Assembly (NCBI GenBank): GCA_002189035.1
Contig: NEEC01000150.1
Coordinates: 1-34,014 of the forward strand
Origin: Utricularia gibba
Lineage: Eukaryota; Plantae; Magnoliophyta
DNA length: 34,014 bases
Direction of reading: 5' to 3'
This document shows, piece after piece, positions 12,375 to 24,384 of this stretch. The first letter of the stretch is position 1, and each line of letters starts with the position of its first letter. Position numbers and translations under genes: made by a program. The notes under the pieces are model-generated. The model had not been told where the DNA came from. It searched no databases and saw only the letters and a program-made list of their open reading frames with translations.

Positions 12375-14662
12375 TTGAGCAGGCGGTCTTTGGGTGCACC
12401 TGGAACGGGACAAAGGTAAGGTTTGGCTTGCACCGAGAGTTAGTTGTAGTCCGGCAAATAAAGTGATGTATTTATTATCGTTCGGTTTTCGGGGGCTGCC
12501 TACATGGTTTTTCAAGGAACCGCTTCTCGTTTTGTGGCGGCCAGTCTCGCTGGGAACTTGGTCCTTGACCCCGATTCTGTATGGCTCATGAGGTCAACTG
12601 GATGCAAATCGATTAAAAAAAATGATGCATTTGTTTAAATTATGATGTCACGTGCACCCCACATGATTTTTTTAACAACATACTTTATACATGAGGAGGC
12701 GGTCTTGGGGGCACTTGGAACCGGAAAAAGGTCAGCTTAGGCCTTGGCCCAAAGTAAGTTGTAGCCCGGCAAAGAAAGTGATGTATTTATTAACGTTCGG
12801 TTTTCGGTGTTGCCTACATGGTTTTTCAAGGAACAGCTTCTCGTTTTGTGGCGGCCAGTCTCGCTAGGAACTTGGTCCGGGCCCGCGATTCTTTATGGCT
12901 CATGAGGACAAAAGGATGCAAATCGATGAATACAATGTTGCATTTGTTTAAATTGCGATATCACGTGCACCCCACATGATTTTTTCAACAACTTACTTTA
13001 TACTTGAGCAGGCGGTCTTTGGGTGCACCTGGAACGGGACAAAGGTAAGGTTTGGCTTGCACCGAGAGTTAGTTGTAGTCCGGCAAATAAAGTGATGTAT
13101 TTATTATCGTTCGGTTTTCGGGGGCTGCCTACATGGTTTTTCAAGGAACCGCTTCTCGTTTTGTGGCGGCCAGTCTCGCTGGGAACTTGGTCCTTGACCC
13201 CGATTCTGTATGGCTCATGAGGTCAACTGGATGCAAATCGATTAAAAAAAATGATGCATTTGTTTAAATTATGATGTCACGTGCACCCCACATGATTTTT
13301 TAACAACTTACTTTATACATGAGAAGGCGGTCTTGGGGGCACTTGGAACCGGAAAAAGATCAGCTTAGGCCTTGGCCCAAAGTAAGTTGTAGCCCGGCAA
13401 AGAAAGTGATGTATTTATTAACGTTCGGTTTTCGGTGTTGCCTACATGGTTTTTCAAGGAACAGCTTCTCGTTTTGTGGCGGCCAGTCTCGCTAGGAACT
13501 TGGTCCGGGCCCGCGATTCTTTATGGCTCATGAGGACAAAAGGATGCAAATCGATGAATACAATGTTGCATTTGTTTAAATTGCGATATCACGTGCACCC
13601 CACATGATTTTTTCAACAACTTACTTTATACTTGAGCAGGCGGTCTTTGGGTGCACCTGGAACGGGACAAAGGTAAGGTTTGGCTTGCACCGAGAGTTAG
13701 TTGTAGTCCGGCAAATAAAGTGATGTATTTATTATCGTTCGGTTTTCGGGGGCTGCCTACATGGTTTTTCAAGGAACCGCTTCTCGTTTTGTGGCGGCCA
13801 GTCTCGCTGGGAACTTGGTCCTTGACCCCGATTCTGTATGGCTCATGAGGTCAACTGGATGCAAATCGATTAAAAAAAATGATCCATTTGTTTAAATTAT
13901 GATGTCACGTGCACCCCACATGATTTTTTTAACAACTTACTTTATACATGAGAGGCGGTCTTTGGGGCACTTGGAACCGGAAAAAGTCAGCTTAGGCCTT
14001 GGCCCAAAGTAAGTTGTAGCCCGGCAAAGAAAGTGATGTATTTATTAACGTTCGGTTTTCGGTGTTGCCTACATGGTTTTTCAAGGAACAGCTTCTCGTT
14101 TTGTGGCGGCCAGTCTCGCTAGGAACTTGGTCCGGGCCCGCGATTCTTTATGGCTCATGAGGACAAAAGGATGCAAATCGATGAATACAATGTTGCATTT
14201 GTTTAAATTGCGATATCACGTGCACCCCACATGATTTTTTCAACAACTTACTTTATACTTGAGCAGGCGGTCTTTGGGTGCACCTGGAACGGGACAAAGG
14301 TAAGGTTTGGCTTGCACCGAGAGTTAGTTGTAGTCCGGCAAATAAAGTGATGTATTTATTATCGTTCGGTTTTCGGGGGCTGCCTACATGGTTTTTCAAG
14401 GAACCGCTTCTCGTTTTGTGGCGGCCAGTCTCGCTGGGAACTTGGTCCTTGACCCCGATTCTGTATGGCTCATGAGGTCAACTGGATGCAAATCGATTAA
14501 AAAAAATGATCCATTTGTTTAAATTACGATGTCACGTGCACCCCACATGATTTTTTTAACAACATACTTTATACATGAGAAGGCGGTCTTTGGGTGCACT
14601 TGGAACCGGAAAAAGTCTTAGGCCTTGGCCCAACCCGGCACGTTCGGTTTTCGGTGTTGCCT

Positions 14663-14763
14663 ACATGGTTTTTCAAGGAACAGCTTCTCGTTTTGTGGCG
14701 GCCAGTCAATTGAGGCACACATGGTTTTTCAAGGAACAGCTTCTCGTTTTGTGGCGGCCAGTC
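14663..14763. repeat. Local 45-bp direct duplication inside an A subunit
   Basis: acatggtttttcaaggaacagcttctcgttttgtggcggccagtc occurs at 14663-14707 and 14719-14763, separated by aattgaggcac. Confidence 0.8.
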
Positions 14764-17544
14764 TCGCTAGGAACTTGGTCCGGGCCCGCGATTCTTTATG
14801 GCTCATGAGGACAAAAGGATGCAAATCGATGAATACAATGTTGCATTTGTTTAAATTGCGATATCACGTGCACCCCACATGATTTTTTCAACAACTTACT
14901 TTATACTTGAGCAGGCGGTCTTTGGGTGCACCTGGAACGGGACAAAGGTAAGGTTTGGCTTGCACCGAGAGTTAGTTGTAGTCCGGCAAATAAAGTGATG
15001 TATTTATTATCGTTCGGTTTTCGGGGGCTGCCTACATGGTTTTTCAAGGAACCGCTTCTCGTTTTGTGGCGGCCAGTCTCGCTGGGAACTTGGTCCTTGA
15101 CCCCGATTCTGTATGGCTCATGAGGTCAACTGGATGCAAATCGATTAAAAAAAATGATGCATTTGTTTAAATTACGATGTCACGTGCACCCACATGATTT
15201 TTTCAACAACTTACTTTATACATGAGAGGCGGTCTTTGGGGCACTTGGAACCGGAAAAAGATCAGCTTAGGCCTTGGCCCAAAGTAAGTTGTAGCCCGGC
15301 AAAGAAAGTGATGTATTTATTAACGTTCGGTTTTCGGTGTTGCCTACATGGTTTTTCAAGGAACAGCTTCTCGTTTTGTGGCGGCCAGTCTCGCTAGGAA
15401 CTTGGTCCGGGCCCGCGATTCTTTATGGCTCATGAGGACAAAAGGATGCAAATCGATGAATACAATGTTGCATTTGTTTAAATTGCGATATCACGTGCAC
15501 CCCACATGATTTTTTCAACAACTTACTTTATACTTGAGAGGCGGTCTTTGGGTGCACCTGGAACGGGACAAAGGTAAGGTTTGGCTTGCACCGAGAGTTA
15601 GTTGTAGTCCGGCAAATAAAGTGATGTATTTATTATCGTTCGGTTTTCGGGGGCTGCCTACATGGTTTTTCAAGGAACCGCTTCTCGTTTTGTGGCGGCC
15701 AGTCTCGCTGGGAACTTGGTCCTTGACCCCGATTCTGTATGGCTCATGAGGTCAACTGGATGCAAATCGATTAAAAAAAATGATCCATTTGTTTAAATTA
15801 TGATGTCACGTGCACCCCACATGATTTTTTTTACTTTATACTTGATCTACTTGGAACCGGAAAAAGATCAGCTTAGGCCTTGGCCCAAAGTAAGTTGTAG
15901 CCCGGCAAAGAAAGTGATGTATTTATTAACGTTCGGTTTTCGGTGTTGCCTACATGGTTTTTCAAGGAACAGCTTCTCGTTTTGTGGCGGCCAGTCTCGC
16001 TAGGAACTTGGTCCGGGCCCGCGATTCTTTATGGCTCATGAGGACAAAAGGATGCAAATCGATGAATTGCATTTGTTTAAATTGCGATATCACGTGCACC
16101 CCACATGATTTTTTCAACAACTTACTTTATACTTGAGAGGCGGTCTTTGGGTGCACCTGGAACGTAAGGTTTGGCTAGTTAGTTGTAGTCCGGCAAATAA
16201 AGTGATGTATTTATTATCGTTCGGTTTTCGGGGGCTGCCTACATGGTTTTTCAAGGAACCGCTTAGTCTCGCTGGGAACTTGGTCCTTGACCCCGATTCT
16301 GTATGGCTCATGAGGTCAACTGGATGCAAATCGATTAAAAAAAATGATTTTCACGTGTGATTGAGAAGGCGGTCTTTGGGTGCACATCAGCTTAGGCCTT
16401 GGCCCAAAGTAAGTTGTAGCCCGGCAAAGAAAGTGATGTATTTATTAACGTTCGGTTTTCGGTGTTGCCTACATGGTTTTTCAAGGAACAGCTTCTCGTT
16501 TTGTGGCGGCCAGTCTCGCTAGGAACTTGGTCCGGGCCCGCGATTCTTTATGGCTCATGAGGACAAAAGGATGCAAATCGATGAATACAATGTTGCATTT
16601 GTTTAAATTGCGATATCACGTGCACCCCACATGATTTTTTCAACAACTTACTTTATACTTGAGCAGGCGGTCTTTGGGTGCACCTGGAACGGACAAAGGT
16701 AAGGTTTGGCTTGCACCGAGAGTTAGTTGTAGTCCGGCAAATAAAGTGATGTATTTATTATCGTTCGGTTTTCGGGGGCTGCCTACATGGTTTTTCAAGG
16801 AACCGCTTCTCGTTTTGTGGCGGCCAGTCTCGCTGGGAACTTGGTCCTTGACCCCGATTCTGTATGGCTCATGAGGTCAACTGGATGCAAATCGATTAAA
16901 AAAAATGATCCATTTGTTTAAATTGATGTCACGTGCACCCCACATGATTTTTTAACAACTTACTTTATACATGAGAAGGCGGTCTTGGGGCACTTGGAAC
17001 CGGAAAAAGATCAGCTTAGGCCTTGGCCCAAAGTAAGTTGTAGCCCGGCAAAGAAAGTGATGTATTTATTAACGTTCGGTTTTCGGTGTTGCCTACATGG
17101 TTTTTCAAGGAACAGCTTCTCGTTTTGTGGCGGCCAGTCTCGCTAGGAACTTGGTCCGGGCCCGCGATTCTTTATGGCTCATGAGGACAAAAGGATGCAA
17201 ATCGATGAATACAATGTTGCATTTGTTTAAATTGCGATATCACGTGCACCCCACATGATTTTTTCAACAACTTACTTTATACTTGAGCAGGCGGTCTTTG
17301 GGTGCACCTGGAACGGCAAAGGTAAGGTTTGGCTTGCACCGAGAGTTAGTTGTAGTCCGGCAAATAAAGTGATGTATTTATTATCGTTCGGTTTTCGGGG
17401 GCTGCCTACATGGTTTTTCAAGGAACCGCTTCTCGTTTTGTGGCGGCCAGTCTCGCTGGGAACTTGGTCCTTGACCCCGATTCTGTATGGCTCATGAGGT
17501 CAACTGGATGCAAATCGATTAAAAAAAATGATCCATTTGTTTAA

Positions 17545-19260
17545 ATTAGGATGTCACGTTCGGTTTTCGGTGTTGCCTACATGGTTTTTCAAGGAACAGC
17601 TTCTCGTTTTGTGGCGGCCAGTCTCGCTAGGAACTTGGTCCGGGCCCGCGATTCTTTATGGCTCATGAGGACAAAAGGATGCAAATCGATACTTCAATGG
17701 AGAAGGCGGTTTTACACAACCAAAATATGGCTCATTTTTCCGGCACCAGTAAGTAGCCCGGCAAAGTAAAGTGATGTATTTATTAACGTTCGGTTTTCGG
17801 TGTTGCCTACATGGTTTTTCAAGGAACAGCTTCTCGTTTTGTGGCGGCCAGTCTCGCTAGGAACTTGGTCCGGGCCCGCGATTCTTTATGGCTCATGAGG
17901 ACAAAAGGATGCAAATCGATGAATACAATGTTGCATTTGTTTAAATTGCGATATCACGTGCACCCCACATGATTTTTTCAACAACTTACTTTATACTTGA
18001 GCAGGCGGTCTTTGGGTGCACCTGGAACGGACAAAGGTAAGGTTTGGCTTGCACCGAGAGTTAGTTGTAGTCCGGCAAATAAAGTGATGTATTTATTATC
18101 GTTCGGTTTTCGGGGGCTGCCTACATGGTTTTTCAAGGAACCGCTTCTCGTTTTGTGGCGGCCAGTCTCGCTGGGAACTTGGTCCTTGACCCCGATTCTG
18201 TATGGCTCATGAGGTCAACTGGATGCAAATCGATTAAAAAAAATGATGCATTTGTTTAAATTTAGGCGATAAGTCACGTGCACATGGTTTTTCAAGGAAC
18301 CACATGATTTTTTAACAACATACTTTATACATGAGGAGGCGGTCTTTGGGTGGCACTTGGAACCGGAAAAAAGGTCAGCTTAGGCCTTGGCCCATTCTGT
18401 ATGGCTCATGAGGTCAACTGGATGCAAATCGATTAAAAAAAATGCCCACGTGCAAAGAAAGTCTTATTGTCATTTATTAACGTTCGGTTTTCGGTGTTGC
18501 CTACATGGTTTTTTCTCGTTTTGTGGCGGCCAGTCTCGCTAGGAACAGGCTTCAACGTTTTTGTGGCGGCACACATGATTTTTTCAACAACTTACTTTAT
18601 ACTTGAGCTCTTTGGGTGGGAACTTGGACGGAGCCGGCAAATAAAGTGATGTATTTATTATCGTTCGGTATGGTTTTTCTTAGTGCCTTGGTCACAATGG
18701 CTCATGAGGTCAACTGCAAATCGATGATGCAAACATGATTGAGAAGGCGGTGACTTTAGCTTAAAAGTAAGTTGCACGTTCGGTACAATTGCGAGTATTG
18801 GTCATTCTTTATGGCTGAGGACACAAATCCCACATGATTTTTTCAACAACTTACTTTATACTTGAGCAGGCGGTCTTTGGGTGCACCTGGAACGGTCTTG
18901 CGCTAAAGTGCGTTCGGACACAAGGAACCGAGAAATTCTGTATGGCTCATGAGGTCAACTGGATGCAAATCGATGATATTTGCCATTCGTTTTTGGTTTA
19001 ACATGATGTATTTATTAACACATGGTTTTTCAAGGAACAGCTTCTCGCCTAGTCAGGGAACTTGGTCCTTGACCCCGATGTAGGCTCTGAGGTCAACTGG
19101 ATGCAAATCGATTAAAAAATGAGGTCAACTGGATGCAAATCGATTGTTTAAATTACGATGTCACGTGCACCCCACATGATTTTTTTAACAACATACTTTA
19201 TACATGTCTAGGCCGGTCTTAGGCCTTGGGTCCCGGCACGTTCGGTTTTCGGTGTGCCTA
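17545..19260. other. Scrambled/degenerate repeat segment made of shuffled fragments of the same satellite
   Basis: Short consensus pieces appear out of order, with large deletions, small duplications and brief non-consensus linkers (e.g. 17691-17750, 18661-18830, 18895-18935). No foreign element is recognisable. Confidence 0.8.
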
Positions 19261-22200
19261 CATGGTTTTTCAAGGAACAGCTTCTCGTTTTTGGCGGCCA
19301 GTCTCGCTAGGAACTTGGTCCGGGCCCGCGATTCTTTATGGCTCATGAGGACAAAAGGATGCAAATCGATGAATACAATGTTGCATTTGTTTAAATTGCG
19401 ATATCACGTGCACCCCACATGATTTTTTCAACAACTTACTTTATACTTGAGCAGGCGGTCTTGGAACGTTTGGCTTGCCCAAAGTAAGTTGTAGTCCGGC
19501 AAATAAAGTGATGTATTTATTATCGTTCGGTTTTCGGGGCTGCCTACATGGTTTTTCAAGGAACCGCTTCTCGTTTTGTGGCGGCCAGTCTCGCTGGGAA
19601 CTTGGTCCTTGACCCCGATTCTGTATGGCTCATGAGGTCAACTGGATGCAAATCGATTAAAAAAAATGATGCATTTGTTTAAATTACGATGTCACGTGCA
19701 CCCCACATGATTTTTTTAACAACATACTTTATACATGAGGAGGCGGTCTTGGGGGGCACTTGGAACCGGAAAAAGCTTAGAACAGCTTCTCGTTTTGGTG
19801 GCGCAGTCTCGCTAGGAACTTGGTCCGGGCCCGCGATTCTTTATGGCTCATGAGGACAAAAGGATGCAAATCGATGAATACAATGTTGCATTTGTTTAAA
19901 TTGCGATATCACGTGCACCCCACATGATTTTTTCAACAACTTACTTTATACTTGAGCAGGCGGTCTTTGGGTGCACCTGGAACGGGACAAAAAGGTTTGG
20001 CTTGCACCGAGAGTTAGTTGTAGTCCGGCAAATAAAGTGATGTATTTATTATCGTTCGGTTTTCGGGGGCTGCCTACATGGTTTTTCAAGGAACCGCTTC
20101 TCGTTTTGTGGCGGCCAGTCTCGCTGGGAACTTGGTCCTTGACCCCGATTCTGTATGGCTCATGAGGTCAACTGGATGCAAATCGATTAAAAAAAATGAT
20201 CCATTTGTTTAAATTACGATGTCACGTGCACCCCACATGATTTTTTTAACAACTTACTTTATACATGAGAAGGCGGTCTTGGGGGCACTTGGAACCGGAA
20301 AAAGATCAGCTTAGGCCTTGCCCAAAGTAAGTTGTAGCCCGGCAAAGAAAGTGATGTATTTATTAACGTTCGGTTTTCGGTGTTGCCTACATGGTTTTTC
20401 AAGGAACAGCTTCTCGTTTTGTGGCGGCCAGTCTCGCTAGGAACTTGGTCCGGGCCCGCGATTCTTTATGGCTCATGAGGACAAAGGATGCAAATCGATG
20501 AATACAATGTTGCATTTGTTTAAATTGCGATATCACGTGCACCCCACATGATTTTTTCAACAACTTACTTTATACTTGAGCAGGCGGTCTTTGGGTGCAC
20601 CTGGAACGGACAAAGGTAAGGTTTGGCTTGCCCGAGAGTTAGTTGTAGTCCGGCAAATAAAGTGATGTATTTATTATCGTTCGGTTTTCGGGGCTGCCTA
20701 CATGGTTTTTCAAGGAACCGCTTCTCGTTTTGTGGCGGCCAGTCTCGCTGGGAACTTGGTCCTTGACCCCGATTCTGTATGGCTCATGAGGTCAACTGGA
20801 TGCAAATCGATTAAAAAAAATGATGCATTTGTTTAAATTACGATGTCACGTGCACCCCACATGATTTTTTAACAACATACTTTATACATGAGAGGCGGTC
20901 TTGGGGCACTTGGAACCGGAAAAAGGTCAGCTTAGGCCTTGGCCCAAAGTAAGTTGTAGCCCGGCAAAGAAAGTGATGTATTTATTAACGTTCGGTTTTC
21001 GGTGTTGCCTACATGGTTTTTCAAGGAACAGCTTCTCGTTTTGTGGCGGCCAGTCTCGCTAGGAACTTGGTCCGGGCCCGCGATTCTTTATGGCTCATGA
21101 GGACAAAAGGATGCAAATCGATGAATACAATGTTGCATTTGTTTAAATTGCGATATCACGTGCACCCCACATGATTTTTTCAACAACTTACTTTATACTT
21201 GAGCAGGCGGTCTTTGGGTGCACCTGGAACGGGACAAAGTAAGGTTTGGCTTGCACCGAGAGTTAGTTGTAGTCCGGCAAATAAAGTGATGTATTTATTA
21301 TCGTTCGGTTTTCGGGGGCTGCCTACATGGTTTTTCAAGGAACCGCTTCTCGTTTTGTGGCGGCCAGTCTCGCTGGGAACTTGGTCCTTGACCCCGATTC
21401 TGTATGGCTCATGAGGTCAACTGGATGCAAATCGATTAAAAAAAATGATGCATTTGTTTAAATTACGATGTCACGTGCACCCCACATGATTTTTTTAACA
21501 ACTACTTTATACATGAGGAGGCGGTCTTGGGGGCACTTGGAACCGGAAAAAGGTCAGCTTAGGCCTTGGCCCAAAGTAAGTTGTAGCCCGGCAAAGAAAG
21601 TGATGTATTTATTAACGTTCGGTTTTCGGTGTTGCCTACATGGTTTTTCAAGGAACAGCTTCTCGTTTTGTGGCGGCCAGTCTCGCTAGGAACTTGGTCC
21701 GGGCCCGCGATTCTTTATGGCTCATGAGGACAAAAGGATGCAAATCGATGAATACAATTTGCATTTGTTTAAATTGCGATATCACGTGCACCCCACATGA
21801 TTTTTTCAACAACTTACTTTATACTTGAGGAGGCGGTCTTTGGGTGCACCTGGAACGGACAAAGGTAAGGTTTGGCTTGCCCGAGAGTAGTTGTAGTCCG
21901 GCAAATAAAGTGATGTATTTATTATCGTTCGGTTTTCGGGGCTGCCTACATGGTTTTTCAAGGAACCGCTTCTCTTTGTGGCGGCCAGTCTCGCTGGGAA
22001 CTTGGTCCTTGACCCGATTCTGTATGGCTCATGAGGTCAACTGGATGCAAATCGATTAAAAAAATGATGCATTTGTTTAAATTACGATGTCACGTGCACC
22101 CCACATGATTTTTTTTAACAACTTACTTTTACGAGGCGGTCTTTGGGGGCACTTGGAACCGGAAAAAGGTCAGCTTAGGCCTTGGCCCAAAGTAAGTTGT

Positions 22201-23063
22201 AGCCCGGCAAAGAAAGTGATGTATTTATTAACGTTCGGTTTTCGGTGTTGCCTACATGGTTTTTCAAGGAACAGCTTCTCGTTTTGTGGCGGCCAGTCTC
22301 GCTAGGAACTTGGTCCGGGCCCGCGATTCTTTATGGCTCATGAGGACAAAAGGATGCAAATCGATGAATACAATGTTGCATTTGTTTAAATTGCGATATC
22401 ACGTGCACCCCACATGATTTTTTCAACAACTTACTTTATACTTGAGCAGGCGGTCTTTGGGTGCACCTGGAACGGGACAAAGGTAAGGTTTGGCTTGCCC
22501 GAGAGTTAGTTGTAGTCCGGCAAATAAAGTGATGTATTTATTATCGTTCGGTTTTCGGGGGCTGCCTACATGGTTTTTCAAGGAACCGCTTCTCGTTTTG
22601 TGGCGGCCAGTCTCGCTGGGAACTTGGTCCTTGACCCCGATTCTGTATGGCTCATGAGGTCAACTGGATGCAAATCGATTAAAAAAAATGATCCATTTGT
22701 TTAAATTATGATGTCACGTGCACCCCACATGATTTTTTAACAACTACTTTATACATGAAGGCGGTCTTGGGGCACTTGGAACCGGAAAAAGATCAGCTTA
22801 GGCCTTGGCCCAAAGTAAGTTGTAGCCCGGCAAAGAAAGTGATGTATTTATTAACGTTCGGTTTTCGGTGTTGCCTACATGGTTTTTCAAGGAACAGCTT
22901 CTCGTTTTTGGCGGCCAGTCTCGCTAGGAACTTGGTCCGGGCCCGCGATTCTTTATGGCTCATGAGGACAAAAGGATGCAAATCGATGAATACAATGTTG
23001 CATTTGTTTAAATTGCGATATCACGTGCACCCCACATGATTTTTTCAACAACTTACTTTATAC

Positions 23064-24384
23064 TTGAGGAGGCGGTCTTGGGTGCACTGGTTGAGGCACC
23101 TGTGATGATATTTATTATCGTTCGAAAAGGTAAGGTTTGACCCCGATTCTGTATGGCTCATGAGGTCAACTGGATGCAAATCGATTAAAAAAAATGATCC
23201 ATTTGTTTAAATTATGATGTCACGTGCACCCCACATGATGTCTTTGGGTGCACTTGGAATCAGCTTAGGCCTTGGCCCAAAGTAAGTTGTAGCCCGGCAA
23301 AGAAAGTGATGTATTTATTAACGTTCGCACATGGTTTTTCAAGGAACAGCAGTCTCGCTATTGGTCCGGCCCGCGATTCTTTATGGCTCAAGGACAAAAG
23401 GATGCAAATCGATGAATACAATGTTGCATTTGTTTAAATTGCGATATCACGTGCACCCCACATGGAGCAGGCGGTCTTGGGGGGCACTTGGAACCGGCAA
23501 ATAAAGTGATGTATTTATTATCGTTCGGTTTTCGGGGCTGCCTACATGGTTTTTCAAGGAACCGCTTCTCGTTTTGTGGCGGCCAGTCTCGCTGGGAACT
23601 TGGTCCTTGACCCCGATTCTGTATGGCTCATGAGGTCAACTGGATGCAAATCGATTAAAAAAAATGATGCCCGTGCACCCCACATGAAAGTCGTTCGGTT
23701 TTCGGTGTTGCCTACATGGTTTTTCAAGGAACAGCTTCTCGTTTTGTGGCGGCCAGTCTCGCTAGGAACTTGGTCCGGGCCCGCGATTCTTTATGGCTCA
23801 TGAGGACAAAAGGATGCAAATCGATGAATACAATGTTGCATTTGTTTAAATTGCGATATCACGTGCACCCCACATGATTTTTTCAACAACTTACTTTATA
23901 CTTGAGAGGCGGTCTTTGGGTGCACCTGGAACGGGACAAAGGTAATTGGCTTGCCGAAGTAAGTTGTAGTCCGGCAAATAAGTGATGTATTTATTATCGT
24001 TCGGTTTTCCTTGACCGCCGTTTTGTGGCGGCCAGTCTCGCTGTATGGGCTCATGAGGTCAACTGGATGCAAATCGATTAAAAAAAATGATGCATTTGTT
24101 TAAATTACGATGTCACGTGCACCCCACATGATTTTTTTTAACAACATACTTTATACCCGGCAAAGAAAGTGATGTATTTATTAACGTTCGGTTTTCGTGT
24201 TGCCTACATGGTTTTTCAAGGAACAGCTTCTCGTTTTTGTGGCGGCCAGTCTCGCTAGGAACTTGGTCCGGGCCCGCGAGGCTCATGAGGACAAAAGGAT
24301 GCAAATCGATGAATACAATGTTGCATTTGTTTAAATTGCGATATCACGTGCACCCCACGATTTTTTCAACAACTTACTTTATAC
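23064..24384. other. Second disrupted segment with three shortened HOR copies
   Basis: B starts at ~23064, ~23465, 23902 and 24385, giving periods of about 401, 437 and 483 bp instead of 630, through multiple internal deletions. Confidence 0.75.
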
